Shown here one piece after another: positions 48,844 through 62,340 of a stretch of 64,000 nt of DNA. A program made the position numbers and the translations under genes. Every line of letters begins with the position of its first letter. Positions within the stretch are counted from its first letter, which is position 1. The stretch covers positions 248,001-312,000 of the forward strand of contig JBEWZL010000030.1 of the NCBI GenBank assembly GCA_045837725.1. Reading direction: 5' to 3'. Origin of the DNA: Vermamoeba vermiformis. Taxonomy: Eukaryota. Under the pieces are notes generated by a model. It did not search any database, had not been told where the DNA came from, and was given only the letters and a program-made list of their open reading frames with translations.

Positions 48844-51800
48844 ATGGCTGCAGATAAAATTCCCGCCAATTTGGTGGTTGGTGCACGAGTAGTATTGGTA
48901 AACAGAGAAGATCAAGGCCTCGGTACTGTGCGTTATGTAGGCATTACGAAATTCGCGCCAGGAAATTGGATTGGTATTGAAATGGATCGTGCAGGTATGA
49001 CTATGTGCTTGGACAATTAAATACATCTAAATTATTAAATTTGATTTTTCCATCTGAAAATATCAAAGATTAAATGTCAATAAAATCGACACAATTTCAT
49101 TCAAATTCATACACGTTAATTTTAGCTATATTTTTAATGCCATATTTGCGGTGACATTACCAGATCTAATAAATTAATTATTACAGTTGGCAAGAATGAT
49201 GGTACCGTGCAAGGAGTTAAATATTTTGCTTGCAAACCAAACTTTGGAATTTTTGTCAAGCCTTCTCAAGTCGTAGTACAGGTAATTAATTCAATTTCAA
49301 GAGCAATATGATATTATAAGATCCAACTCTCCTTGAACCCTTATATTGATTCCATATAATATAGGTCAAAAAACCAGCGATACCACCGATGAATAATACT
49401 GCTGCAACAACGGCAACTAAAACAGCTGATCCAAAAGAAAAGACTGTCGCTCCTAAAACTGATATTTCACGTAAGACTCATCGATGCGAATACAGTCCCA
49501 TTTTATTTATTATGTTTACTACTAGCTTATATAGTCATTCATTTATTGTAACCAATTTTTAAACAGGTTCTACGAGCCCAACGCCAACTCGAGCCGACGA
49601 AGAAAACAACACTCCAGCACCAAGTGCTACAACACCAACGAGCTCAGACAACAATACAAATGCTAAGACTGCCGAGCACGTGACAAATACTGACGCAGAG
49701 GACGGTGCAGACTCGAAGGAAAAGCACACGGGCACTGAGGAGTTGACAGGTGTCACGAGTACTGAACACGATGACACTCCAGCTGAAAGTGAAGGCACTG
49801 CCACAAAGCAGGCTGTTGAAGAGACTAATGATGATCCACGTGACGAGCCAAGCACTGCTAGTACTGCTCAAGGTGATGATGACGATGAGACTGAATACGG
49901 TACGTACGAGGAAATAGTTACAATTCGATCCTATAGTTAATAATTAACATGGCATTGTTGTAGTTGCGGAGTTAAAGACGCAAATTGCACGCTTGCAGAA
50001 GGTGAGAGAAGAAGAAAAGAAAAAGTACGAAGAACAAATCAAGTTGTTGAAAGAGAACGCTCAAAATATGAACAAATCACTTGACGAGCAAGAAAGTATG
50101 CGCGGAATAATTAAGCAGCTGAAACAGTCGTTAGAACAGACTATGGAACAAAAGAACGAAGCGGAAAAACAATTAAAAATTCTCGAAAAGAAATTGGAGA
50201 CCAGCGCTACCAAATCTTCATCAGAAAATACAGCGGAGATTGAAAAGCTCAAAAAACAATTAGAAGAAATTAAAGAAGAATATGAAGAGAAAATTACTGC
50301 GTTGAACGAAGATTTGGAGTTGATTACAATCGACAAAGAATTCGCCGAAGAAAAAGCGGAGAATTTACAAATGGAGATGAACGAGATGAAAAAAGAATTA
50401 GAAGTCTTGCAATTGTACAAACAATCGACCGAAGAAAAAGAAAAGAAACGAGTTCAAGACAGTACGTTCTCGAACTTTCCATATTAGGAAATAATAATTA
50501 CTAAACTCTATTTTTGCAGTTGAAAGTGGCGCTGTCTCAACTCAAAGTGCGGAAGAAGTGAAGATTTTGGTGGCTCAAAACGAACGATTGAAGGAGGCCC
50601 TGATGAAGTTGAAAGATATTTCTTTGAGCGAAAAGCAAGAACAAGAGCGACACGTGCAGATATTGGAAAAGGAACTCGAGGTCATACCTTCCTTAAAAGG
50701 TAATGATATTTCCTATTATAGGTACCTTTCTAACAAAACTTTTTTAGGTGACATTGCGGATCTGGCTGAAAAGCTCGACACGAAAGAAAAACAGATTGAA
50801 GCGTTGAAATCTGATCTCGATGAGCTCAAAGACTTGCAAGACAAATTCGAGGAATTGTTTGACAAGCACATGAACTTGCAAGAAGAAAACAAAGAGTTGA
50901 AATCTACCATTGAAGAACTCGAACAACTGCGCGAACTCGCTGATGAAGTCGAAGAGTCTCAAGCTGCAAATGAAAAGAAATTGCGCTCTGAATTATGTAA
51001 GTTCTGATTTCACTGTATCTTTGCAAATATTTTTTTCATAACCAGTGTATTTCCTTATTTGGAAAGACCTTGCTAATTCATTTCTGCAGATCAAAAGCAA
51101 GTCGAATTGTTAGACAAAGAGACCAAGTTGATCAATGTCCAACACTCGCTTAAAGAAGCCGAAGACGCCATTGAAAAGTTGAAGCAAGTGGTTGTGGATC
51201 AGAAGAAAAGTCTCGAACAGGCCAAAGAACGTGACATCGCAATGAACGAGCGATTGCACGAGCTCGAAGAGACCGCCCGTGTCGTGTCCCAAATGAACAT
51301 TCAGATCAGTTTGGAGAAAATGAAAGCTGCGCTGAGAGACATCGAAGACGAGTTGCGCGGACTCGAAGTGAAGCAAGCACGCCAAGAAGTCGCGTTGTAC
51401 AAGATGTTCTTGCCTGAGGAACAACTCAAGAAGGACCATGAAGTCGTGCAATTGCAGTTGATGATGGAACGAGTCTCAATCAAGTGTGATTTGGTCTTGA
51501 ATTATTTGCAGAAACAATATCAATTGGAGTCACTCGACAACTTGCTCGAACTCGATCCATTTGCTCAACTTCTAATTAAGGCAAGAGAGAATTTAAATTT
51601 CTGCAAAGCTTTACTAATCACGTGCTGTAGCTCTATTCCATGCTATACCGATTCGGTTACAACGCGCAGTATTTCTTAGCCACCCTTCGCGTGTGTGACG
51701 AAGAGTTGTATCTGAAGCTCGGCAGATTAGTGAGTGAATTCCACGGCTACGAAGTGCAGCTCGATCAGTTAGTCGAACTCATCAAAGCTGAGAAGCTCAA

Positions 51801-53857
51801 CAAGGACACTAGCATTGCTGAAATTCAGGTCAGTCCGTTACACTCGATAGCTGCGCGAGGCCCAACGATTAACACGTTCAAATAGAAAACTCTTGACAGA
51901 TTTGACACGATGGCCAACAAGTACTTGACACCGGACGTGATGCCGCACTGGCGTCGTTGGCAATGGTCGTGCCAGGATATCTTCTGCACGCACAGATCTC
52001 TCGTCTTCGAACAACTTCAGTCTCGAACAGCTCTTGACTCTTGTACGCGAAACACGCAAGACTGACAACGCTCAAGAGCACGTGCTTGTCACTCCATTTG
52101 TCGACAATGACGTCGTTAGAACTGTACTTGACACCTCTAGGTAAGTCTCAGGAGGCAAGTACGAGGCACTACTGACACTATTGCGCGTGTAGAAAGTTGA
52201 TTCGGGCCTTGCGAGACCGTAAATTGAAAGAGGTCCGCGCCACTCAAGAGACACTCGAACACTTCCAGTACAACGCCAAGTTAGTGCTAGACCTGCTCGT
52301 TGAAATCAATCGCAAAGTCAAGGTGGAATTTGACGAGGGCCACGAGCTCGATGAAGCACATTTGTACAAGATTGTCAAAGATATCCCGCAGTTCGTGTCA
52401 CTTTGGGACATTATTGCCACTCAACTCGGCCAAGCACCGCTGTCCACGGACTCTGAAGCTGTCAAGGAGGACGGCACTGCCGAGACCTTGCCCGAGAATA
52501 ACCGCAAAGACTTCACTAACCGCTTGGAGCTGCTCGACAAGTACTACAAACAGTCGATCCAAGCGGTGCAAGCCATTGATGACAACTTGTCGCGCGGTGC
52601 TTTTGACGCTGAAGTTGATGCCAATGCTGCAGCTGAAGGTACGCAAAGACCTCGCGAAGTTTGGAAGAATTAATGCAAAGACTAATTTATTGACAGCATT
52701 GACTCCGATGCAAAAACGAGCGGAACAATTGAAGGCTGAGTTGAACCAAGCTGCCGCGTTGAAAAAAGAGTTGGAAGAACTCAAGGCTGTAAGTTTCTCC
52801 TTCGAGTGCTGGTGGATCCGCTAGCTTATGTTTTACCAAATTAGGAAATCCAAGAGAAAGAGCGAATTCTGCGCAACAAGAACCAACTCATTGAAGAGAG
52901 CCAATGGAAAGAAAAGAAATTAGAGGTGAAAATTACTTCACTTGAAAGCACCGTGAAAGAATCTCAAGACAAGATTGAAGAATTGCAACAAATTTTTGCA
53001 AACAAAGAACGAATCTACGAACAAGCCGTTAAAAGCCTTCAAAACAACTTGCAAACTTTAGAACAGGAGAACGGTGCATTGAAGGGCAAAATGGACAATA
53101 TGGGTATGAACCATATTAATATAGTTCGTAGTGTCAGGTCACTAATGCTGTATCAATAGAATTGAAAGCTAAAGAGGCTCAACAATTGTTGCAAACAACA
53201 GCTGCAAAGGCCGAAGAAACGATCTCGATTCGTGCGTTCAATACTCAGGTACGCACTTGCCTTATATGGTAATCGATACAGGTCTCACCTCCTCTTTAGC
53301 TCGCGTCAATGCGTACTGCCGTTGAGCTTTTGAAGCGTGAAAATATCAAGCTGAAAGCACGTGCTGCACGCGATTCACTGAACCAGAAATTGCCGCAATT
53401 ACCTCGCCTGACACTCAACTCACGAACTGAGGCTGAGAAACAGACACAAAACATCTTGCAGGTACGTCTCACTAATACCATTATCGATTCCTTATTGATT
53501 ACGTATGGTCTCAGTCTATCCAAGCCTCCGTTGCTACTAATATGGTGGTGGATCTGAGTCAAGGCAGCAAACAAGCACGTGATCAGTTCATCGATCAGCA
53601 ACAACGTCGTGCACAGTTGCGAAAATCAGCACTTGAATGCGCGTCAAAATCCGGCAGAGATCAGAACTCTTTACCAAATAAGGCAAGTGTCACTAGCGTT
53701 ATCGACGCAGCCACTAACATTTTGAGTCTAGACTACTGGAGCCAAACCAATCCTCGCTGGTCGCATTGAACTCAATCGCGCTGATGCCTCGAAAAATGTT
53801 GTCAAAGTTGTCGTGTCACACCAACAACTGCAACAAATTCATTCGTCGCTTGTGTAA
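48844..53857 (+). CDS. DCTN1: Dynactin subunit 1 (p150Glued); many exons
   Basis: CAP-Gly domain GTVRYVGITKFAPGNWIGIE...GKNDGTVQGVKYF; TIDKEFAEEKAE; QNERLKEALMKLKD; long coiled coils. Confidence 0.93.
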
Positions 53858-53970
53858 AGACCTCAACACTAATAATTGTACATAAGAATAAAGTGGTCTG
53901 TTGAATTCTGCACAAAGGTTGAATTTATTTACAATAGAGGACTTAAAGGATGCTCTATATAGCTTTGCAA

Positions 53971-55238
53971 CTATTTTCGCAATGCTTGGAACTTTCTTGA
54001 AATTTCAAAGACTGCGTGCTCAAAGTCACCGTTCCAGATCTCATACAGGGCAATCATTTCTTGACAAACTTCTTTAATCTAATAGTAGCCGTTGAGTACA
54101 CTATATAACGCATATTATATGGTCCTAATTACCTCTTTCATTTCCACATTCAATTCACTGAACCACTGGCTCACGTCTTTGTCTTTTTGAAACGCCACTA
54201 AATATATACACGCTAATGCTATTATATGCGGCGGATATAATAACAGTACGTCCGTTCTATACGAATCATTCACTAATTTCCTAATTAGGCAAGTACGATC
54301 AGCTACAAAGTCTCCCGTGAAAAAATTAAAATAATCGTTACGTACCACGCCGTATCCAAACAGTCGTTCAAATTAGCGTCTGCCAAGTATCTATGGTCAA
54401 CCATATTAGTACTATTATACTAGACTATTAATAAGACTTACTCAGGCAAGCACCGGTACGGGTGATAAATAATCAAAAAACATTTCAAACTCTCTAATAG
54501 ATAGAACTCTGCTTGAATGATTTCATTCGCTGAGTACGTAAAATTCAAAAAACTTCCTAGAATTTTGATAATAATTAGTCGAATTTATCATAATATTTGG
54601 TGTATGATATTTACCGAAACTGCGCATTTGTTTAATAATGTGATCTACTCTGACATTACATTCTTCGACTTTAGACGATAAATATAACGTAGTTGCAGCG
54701 ATTAAACTCGGTTCAAACTCTACAAAGCTATTTCTATAATCATAATTGTTAATAATCAAAAAACCTTTTGCACGATCTACTTGTGACACCTACTCTACAT
54801 AGAACCGTTTAAAGTATATACAAGCAGTAGCTGCAGCACGTTGTCTCAGGCCTAATAGTTTACCGACCTGCATAATAACTACAAAGCTGAATTAATATTC
54901 GAAAATTAAAATAATTTACAGATCACGCTAAATAAGCCCAGAAAAATGTCAAATAAGGATTTTAAAAGAATTATTATTCGAATAATTAATTATTGTTGTA
55001 CAGGATATTATGGCAGTTCAATTATTGATTTTCTGAATAATTTTTCCACTTACCGTGACTGTAGAATATTCGTAGCTTTTTGATTTCATCCTGTGTAAGA
55101 AATTTTTGATCTTTTTTATTTGATTCAGCGAGTTTTTTGCGATCGAGAGTCCAATACATACTGCCAAGGGCGATCAGAATAAATTTCAAAAATAATCAAG
55201 ACTTACTGTTGGCTCGATTGCCAGTAATTCGCTGCCAT
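53971..55238 (-). CDS. CCNC: Cyclin C; multi-exon
   Basis: MAANYWQSS, LRQRAAATACIYFKRFY, YLSSKVEE, LIIYHPYR, LVNDSYRTDVLLLYPPHIIALAC, WFSELNV. Confidence 0.95.
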
Positions 55239-55324
55239 GTATTACAGCATTTATGAAAACGAACGTCAATTCACAAAACAAGCTTGCGAAATTTTCTGGA
55301 TCGATTTTATCAAATTTATCGGAG

Positions 55325-55377
55325 CCCGCCTTTTTTGACCGTTATAAAATTCAAAAATATTTAAACAAAAAACCAAT
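55325..55377. promoter_or_regulatory. Bidirectional cyclin C / Mad2 promoter containing cell-cycle-type motifs
   Basis: CCCGCC (55325), CCGTTA = reverse TAACGG (55339), TTCAAA = reverse TTTGAA (55350), TTTAAA (55360), CCAAT (55373). Confidence 0.4.
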
Positions 55378-55415
55378 CTGTTCAATTCTATTGAATCAAT
55401 TAACACAAACCCGAA

Positions 55416-56261
55416 ATGGTACGCACTAATTGTAACTAGACGAGCTATTTACTTATCAATTTCCTTAAGGCATCCGCTGTCGCTGCTAAACAATCCATTA
55501 CTTTGAAGGGATCGACTGAAATCGTAACCGAATTCTTCGGTAAGTATTGTACCTTGTAAAATATTATGCCAGTTATTAATGCTTATTAATTAGATTACGC
55601 TATCAACAGTATTTTGTATCAAAGAGGAATCTACCCTCCTGAAAACTTCGAAGCACGCAAGAAATACGGTCTTAGCATTTTAGTTACTAAAGACAAGGGT
55701 CTTCGCGAATATTTGAATACAGTTTTGCAACAACTTACTGGTATGAACTTCAAATTGAATTTCGATCGAGTTTATTTTATTCAGCTCAAATTAATTGTGG
55801 ACCCATACAGATTGGCTCATGGGCGGCAATGTCCACAAGCTCGTTGTTGTAATTGCTGATTGCGAAACTGGCGAGTCCAAGGAACGCTGGAACTTCGACA
55901 TCCAAACTGACAAAGAAGCTGCTGCCACGTAAGTTTGTTTTTAAAGCCCATGTAATGGCGCAACTTCATATCCTCACGTGTATATTCGTTTAGTGGAAGT
56001 ACCAAGCCTGAAAAAGAAATTGTTGATGAAATCCGTCAAATCATTCGCCAGATCACTGCTTCAGTTACTTTCTTGCCCTTGCTCGAAACTCCTTGCAGCT
56101 TCGACTTGCTTGTGTACACTGATAAGAACGCTTCAGTGCCCTCTAAGTGGGAAGAATCAGAGCCCAAGTACATTACAAACTCCGAAGAAGTTCGATTGCG
56201 CTCGTTCACCACCAAGATCCACAAAGTTGAGCCTATGGTCTCTTATCAAGTCGAAGTTTAA
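55416..56261 (+). CDS. MAD2: Spindle assembly checkpoint protein Mad2 (HORMA domain); multi-exon, first coding exon is ATG only
   Basis: ITLKGSTEIVTEFF, INSILYQRGIYPPE, ERWNFDI, IRQITASVTFLP, WEES, VRLRSFTTKIHKV. Confidence 0.96.
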
Positions 56262-56383
56262 TAACACTATGTTATTTATTCAAAGATCATGATCTAACGG
56301 CGTACGTAGATAAGACTTCGTTACGCGTTAGATCTTGAAGCATGTAAATAAACTACCAGTACACTCAAAATACTACATATCGT

Positions 56384-58687
56384 TTATATGTCAAGCTTGC
56401 TCCTCAACTTATAATAGATCGACTCCCTGCAAGAAGACACAACCAAGAGCTGATCCAGTACAAAGTGCGTGGTTCTCGGTTCATCGAATTGGTGTGAGAG
56501 TGTCACTATTATCCATCCTGCCTTCCAATAACACACCTGATACATATGTTAGTCTCTATTATTATTACTATGTATACAGCTTTAACTTACTTCTATGTAC
56601 CGAGAAAGAGTGACCAACAAGATCTGTCCACCTTTGCTGAAAGTCAAGTCGTAGATCACAGTTTTCACTCCGAACCTCCTACAATACATCACTGAACACC
56701 ACGCTCTCTTGTCTAAGTCAAACACCGTCACTTGTCCTTCGCTACCCAAAGCCATCTTATCTACGTCCAATCGATCAGTACGTGACATAAACAATGACAT
56801 TCTTCATGTGTCAAAACCTGACCCCGACTAGAAATTTCATAAATTTCACTATGCATAGATAAACTTAAACTCGGAAAATGGGCATTTTGTAGCGGTGATC
56901 GGTTTGACACGTGAAAAATATTCATATGACACGTGTCAAGTTTGACATGATCGAAGGAGCTACTTACTTTCGTTAGGCACCCAAGCAAGCGAGGTACATC
57001 CGGGATATTTGAGTGGTTTCACGCTCAAGTTGTTGAGATCCACAAACACTGACTGATCTTCGCAATAGTTTCCGAACCAATGTCGCTTTATTCCATCGCG
57101 TTCAGTCACGTGCTCAGTGAGATTCAGTCGTTGTCGAGTTAGTCCGTGCAGTCCCTGGAACGGCACTGGGACTTGAATTTGTCCTTTGTTCCACACTATC
57201 AATTCAAAGTCACTCGTGTTGCCTATCGGAGCAAGTCCGATCACGATATCGGGATTGAGCTGCGACGCGAAGATGAATTCAATCCGAGCAGTACTTTGAT
57301 GTACTATCGCACACCTAGTTTATAAGTCAGAAGGTCTCCTCGCAGACGACTTGGATCTTACTCTTTCTCGCAATTTTTCATCTCGCGCTCGTAGTTCGCT
57401 CCAGTGTTGGACATGGGATTGCAGTGCAAACATCTTTTCGATAAATCAATGATAAGGACTTCGCCCGTGTCCTGATCCAAGTGTACCTGTGACACTTGAT
57501 TAATACAACTGTGAAGGCAATAGAAATGTCGACTTACCACGTAGTTTTTGTTAAATTTCCACACGCTTGAACGGGAGGTCTCTGGCGCTTTGAAAGACAA
57601 TATAGGCGGCGTGGAACTGTTACGCGCCTTGCCGTGCACATCCACTTGCCACAAAACATGAAGTGAACGCTGATTGTTGTCCACATTAATTAAAAAGTCT
57701 CCGTATCCTATTTAAACCAGTACAATTAAACATTTGGATGAAAATCGGACTTTGGATTACCGTTTGAAGCCACTGGGTAACTAACCCGGATGCATCCGGA
57801 TGCAAGTTTTGTTTCTGGAACTACATAAACACCTTTCTTCGGTGCAATAAAACTATGATGTTTGATTAATTGTGTTTTAAACCAACTCGGTCCATCGCCT
57901 GAGCCATAAGTGAGGCCAGAATAAAGACTCATCGGATTGATTTTAACTGGAACGAATTTGCCTGCCATCCTGTATGCTCGAGTATTAATAATATTACGTA
58001 GTATATTAAATTGATGAGGCAACGTACTTCATATCTACGACGGCATAAATAAAATTTCGAGCGACAAACACTTGGCGCTGGCCGTCCGAAGTTATGTAGC
58101 TTGAACGTATACCGGAGGCAAAATGACTAAAAGTGAACTTGTGTGGTATCGTCGTATGAGAGAATTCTCTGTGGAGACCGATCGGTTCAGAAATTTAGGT
58201 TCGATCTTTCTCGATCGGATCTTACTTTCGCCATTTGAGCAGATAACTTGCTTCAATGACCTATAAGTAAGGTTATTATTGAATTTGAAGCATAATATTG
58301 CTTACTAATTGTTTCCAATTGATATCTTGAGTGAGATTGACCCTGTCTGCAGTGATCGTGTCAAACTTCAACTCGTAGATCTGTTTCCAATTCTCATTTG
58401 TGTCCAAAAATAAATTCAACGATTTGCACGTAATTGCAATATGTCCAAGATCGATCAAATGCACGTAAGAGAAGATAAGCACGGTAACTTCAGGCGGTAA
58501 AATGATCCAAAAAACTCCAATTATCTCCTATTTATTAAAGATGGTTAGTAGTTATTGGTTTAATATATTTTTTAGCCTCTACTAAGAAGTAAAATTCAAA
58601 ATAAAATTGTTTGACCGTAGCAGAGCTATTTCTTTGATCTTACTCACTTTCTTCCTTTGTAAAATTGGCTTCGGTTTCCAAAGACAT
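56384..58687 (-). CDS. F-box protein with a beta-rich C-terminal region; multi-exon
   Basis: ILPPEVTVLIFSYVHLIDLGHIAITCKSL...W F-box; chain of minus-strand exons ending ...LRSKLDI*. Confidence 0.65.
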
Positions 58688-58846
58688 AATATTATTGTTC
58701 GTTTGTTGTAATGTGGTCGTCATTGGCACTTGCTTTAAAAAATGGAAGGGGACGGAACACCAAACATTGCGAGATCTATTTTTGGCAATTTTGACGTTTA
58801 CTAAAGTAATTACCGAATTTATTTAGACAAGCTATTGTTATGATTA

Positions 58847-59311
58847 CTAAAACACGGGGGCTCCAGGGCGTGTCATTGGTTGTTGAACGGGAACGGGAAC
58901 GGGAGCGTTAACGATTTTGTCTTTCAGCACTTGAGTGACGCCGTTGTAGAACTCTTCCCACGAAAGACGGCCGTCCTTGTCAACATCCAGCACTGCAAGA
59001 ACTTCTTTTTTAAAGTGAGATTTTTCGATAGAGGATGGCTTGACACCGCGCGATATGTGCATTTTTGTCGGCATGAGTTTTGCAAAAGGGGATTTGATGT
59101 GCATATCCATCACGTCTTCAGGTTTGTTCTGCGAGTAGACGTAGTCGAAGAGGAATTCCATAAACTTGTCGACTTCAGCGCGCTCTAACTTGCCGGAGTG
59201 ATCCTTGTCGAAGGAATCAAATACTTTCTTCATGTCATCGACATCCACTTGGCGGTCGGCTTCAATGTCGTGCAAGATAGCGTCGAGTGCCTTCGATTGT
59301 TTATGGCCCAT
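58847..59311 (-). CDS. N-myristoylated two-EF-hand calcium-binding protein
   Basis: MGHKQS myristoylation motif; loops DKDHSGKLERAE and DVDKDGRLSWEE. Confidence 0.88.
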   Translation of the reverse strand: MGHKQSKALDAILHDIEADRQVDVDDMKKVFDSFDKDHSGKLERAEVDKFMEFLFDYVYSQNKPEDVMDMHIKSPFAKLMPTKMHISRGVKPSSIEKSHFKKEVLAVLDVDKDGRLSWEEFYNGVTQVLKDKIVNAPVPVPVQQPMTRPGAPVF

Positions 59312-60987
59312 GATAGTTGCTGTTGTGGTGTGTTGTCGAGTTGTTTTGTCGTTAATGGATTATAATGGCAAAATTTCTTTAAATCGTCGGTTTTTTAATC
59401 TCGATAAATCTTGCTTGACCTACTGTCATTTAAACAAAAATGGCTATATAGTACCGCAACTTTCTAAACTTGACGATATTTGTTTCGATCGCCTCACCTA
59501 CTGGTAAGAGATAAATCGCAGTGCCATACTCAACGACGCAAAAATTTATCAGTCAAAAAATATCTCGCGAAATTCCGGAAAAGCGGTGTCGCAAGTACTC
59601 TGCTTGCGTTACTAGGTATCGATATGCAATGCAGCTGCATTGTAGGCTCAATTGAATTCGCGTCAAATAATAAGTTTCTGATGAAGGCGAGCAAAACGAT
59701 CAACTAATATCGAATATATCATTCGCTACTATAATAGTTATGACACGATATGTTTCTAGAGTCTGAATATCAAAAGGGTCCTCTAGTGAACCGGATCTAG
59801 CAGATTTAACACCGCTAACTAAAATTATCGGCATTCACAATCGGTGGAATAAATTAATTTCTTATTCATAATTAGCGTGGACAATCTACACGAAGGTACA
59901 TTCTCAACCCGCATGCAGTTACCCTTTTGTAGAATTGCAAAAGATTGAAAATTTTGTCGTGTCAGATCGTTTTACTTACCTCCAACCCAGTTGCTACATC
60001 CAACTCTGCTATCGGAGTGATTGATATGTTGTTCAAATCAAGAACGAAGTCACCGCTAAAAGATCCAAGCTGATTCCACAACTGCTAACAGATGTGGTTA
60101 GTAAGTAAGAGTCACCGATGTTCAGTTGATGTTCACTTGAGCTGCACAGAGGACCGTAGTGAAGACATTCTTATAATTCTAAGAATGTTACCGTGCAGCC
60201 ATGATTTTAAACGCCTCAACCGTTTAGTGTTTCTCAGTAGTTTCTCCTCTCTGGTGGCTGTTTTATTATTAGCAACAGACCACAACCACAAAATGATAGG
60301 ATAAAATTGAAATATAAATATTGTTAACCGGAATACTACCTTTGCTTTATAAAGTTATAGCAATGCGAAGCGTAGAAAATACAGTACTGGAAATTAATAA
60401 GTAGTTTAATTAAAAAATGAATTGGCGGACATTGAAAATAATGTAGAAGGCGTGTTCTACGAACTAAAAAATCCGCTGATCGATGGAAAAATATTTGCAA
60501 AATTAATAGAGTATTACTAGATTTTAGAGGCATTAAAGAAGTTACACGAGGCAGATTAGCTTAAAAAATCGTACGTAAATGCCATACCAAATAATACAAG
60601 CAATATCTTTATAAGTATAGTATTATGATAATAATTAATTTCATTATTTAAACAATACCTTACCTCTTGCAAAGCAAAGGCTATATAATACATTTTTACA
60701 GATGCGCGTGTGCTACCGTGCCATCTGATTGCAAGCCCACAAAATTCCAATGCAAACCAGAGCAGTCCTGAAATATCTTAATATTAATATCGAAAAAGGA
60801 TGCCTCGTGTGTGAGATTTTTGTGCTCATTCCGGAATGTTCGACCGCCGAATCCAGAATCTTTCGTTCAAGGAATGCCACGTGCCTAACCCTGGCACGTG
60901 GTGTAAACTGTTGTACCGAAAACTCTTCGAAAAACTCATTTGAATGAATTTTAAACGTTGAAGCATTAGCAAACAGTTGTTATTGAA

Positions 60988-61887
60988 ATGAAGATACAAG
61001 CGATCGTTGTTGTTTGTCTTGCGCTCATCCTCCTCGCATCCGCGGCACCGGAGCCTCAATGCTCAGCAGGAGCATGGATAACGTCTCCTGATACCATTGC
61101 TAAATATTCTTTGTCTGAAATCCAAAATCAGTACGATCTGCTACTTTAAATAATTAATTACTAATTAGCATCACAGAAAATACAGTTTTGATTTCGACAA
61201 TAATGGAACACCTACGACAGTAAAGCTCTCCCTTTGCCCTCCAAATAATTGCCAGTCTCAGTGCGCTGTTCAAACGTTTTGTACGCGTTACAAAAAAAAA
61301 AAAAGTACCTACTTACCTAAAGCTAATGCCTTCAATTATGCAGCGTCGAATGGTCGAAGTTGCCTTGGTATTTGCGATAATACAGCTACCGTCATGGCAC
61401 TAAGTAAGTTGGTCGTTTTTTTATCTTTATCTTTCGTTTGCTCATCGCTTACTCTTAAATAGATAACTATCAAGGGATATTCCTTAACTACACCGTAGGA
61501 GAATATTCTACGCAAGTTACGCTGACTTGTAATCCCGAATTAGGTAAGTTTTTGTTTTAACGGCCTCCTATTAGTGAACCTTCTTTCGTTTTCGCCGATG
61601 ATCCCTGACTATTTTTAGGTGATAATGAGGTGGTCATTACGAAAGCTGCGCAAAGCTATGATTTGCTGAGCGTTGTTGGTGAGATGCACTGCGCATCTGT
61701 GCCGCAACCTTGGACAGTTGTTGATGTATACTTCGGGCAAGGTGTGAGATGTCAAAACTGGAACATCTATAACACAATTCAGTATTATAACTCCACTTGC
61801 ACTCCCGGATGCGCTGGCGACAACAGTGGATCCGTTATGACTCAGTGCTGGGCCAACAGGCCTGCCACGGGTGTCCTTCTCAAATAA
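60988..61887 (+). CDS. Secreted cysteine-rich protein, possibly with an MRH (mannose-6-phosphate-receptor homology) fold; multi-exon
   Basis: Signal peptide MKIQAIVVVCLALILLASA; KYSLSEI, KLSLCPP and GIFLNYTVGEYSTQVTLTCNPE resemble MRH spacing. Confidence 0.55.
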
Positions 61888-62340
61888 CGCTAGGACAATA
61901 ATATCAACGCGAAGTTTGTGCCTTCGATATTGTTTAACAGTAAATAAACGTTATTGAAATTAAATGAGACGGATGAACACAATTACAACGTAGGAAAAGA
62001 GATGCAAAAAAAAGAACAGAAAAAAAACGAGAAAGAAAAAAACAGCCAGGAACGCACAGACACAGAAACCCCCGACCGAGGGCCGCAAGGGGGACGCAGC
62101 CGAGGAAGCCGCCGAGGGAGCACCCGGGGGAGGGGGGAGGGCGCGGAGAGAAAACGGGAGGGAGAAGGGAAGGCGTGAAGAAAGGCGAAAGGGCTGGGAT
62201 GGGAGAACACATGGGCCCCGCTGCCCCAGGAAAAGGGCAGGGGGGAGAGGAGATTTGGCGGGCGGCCCACCAGCCTTGCTAACTATGCCATCGGAAAGAA
62301 GAAGACGGACGGCTCTCCCGTTTACCCAGTCGATAAGCTG

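Noticed and set aside
59500-60950. Possible multi-exon minus-strand membrane protein gene
   Set aside because: Splice-like signals and hydrophobic fragments exist, but I could not build a consistent model
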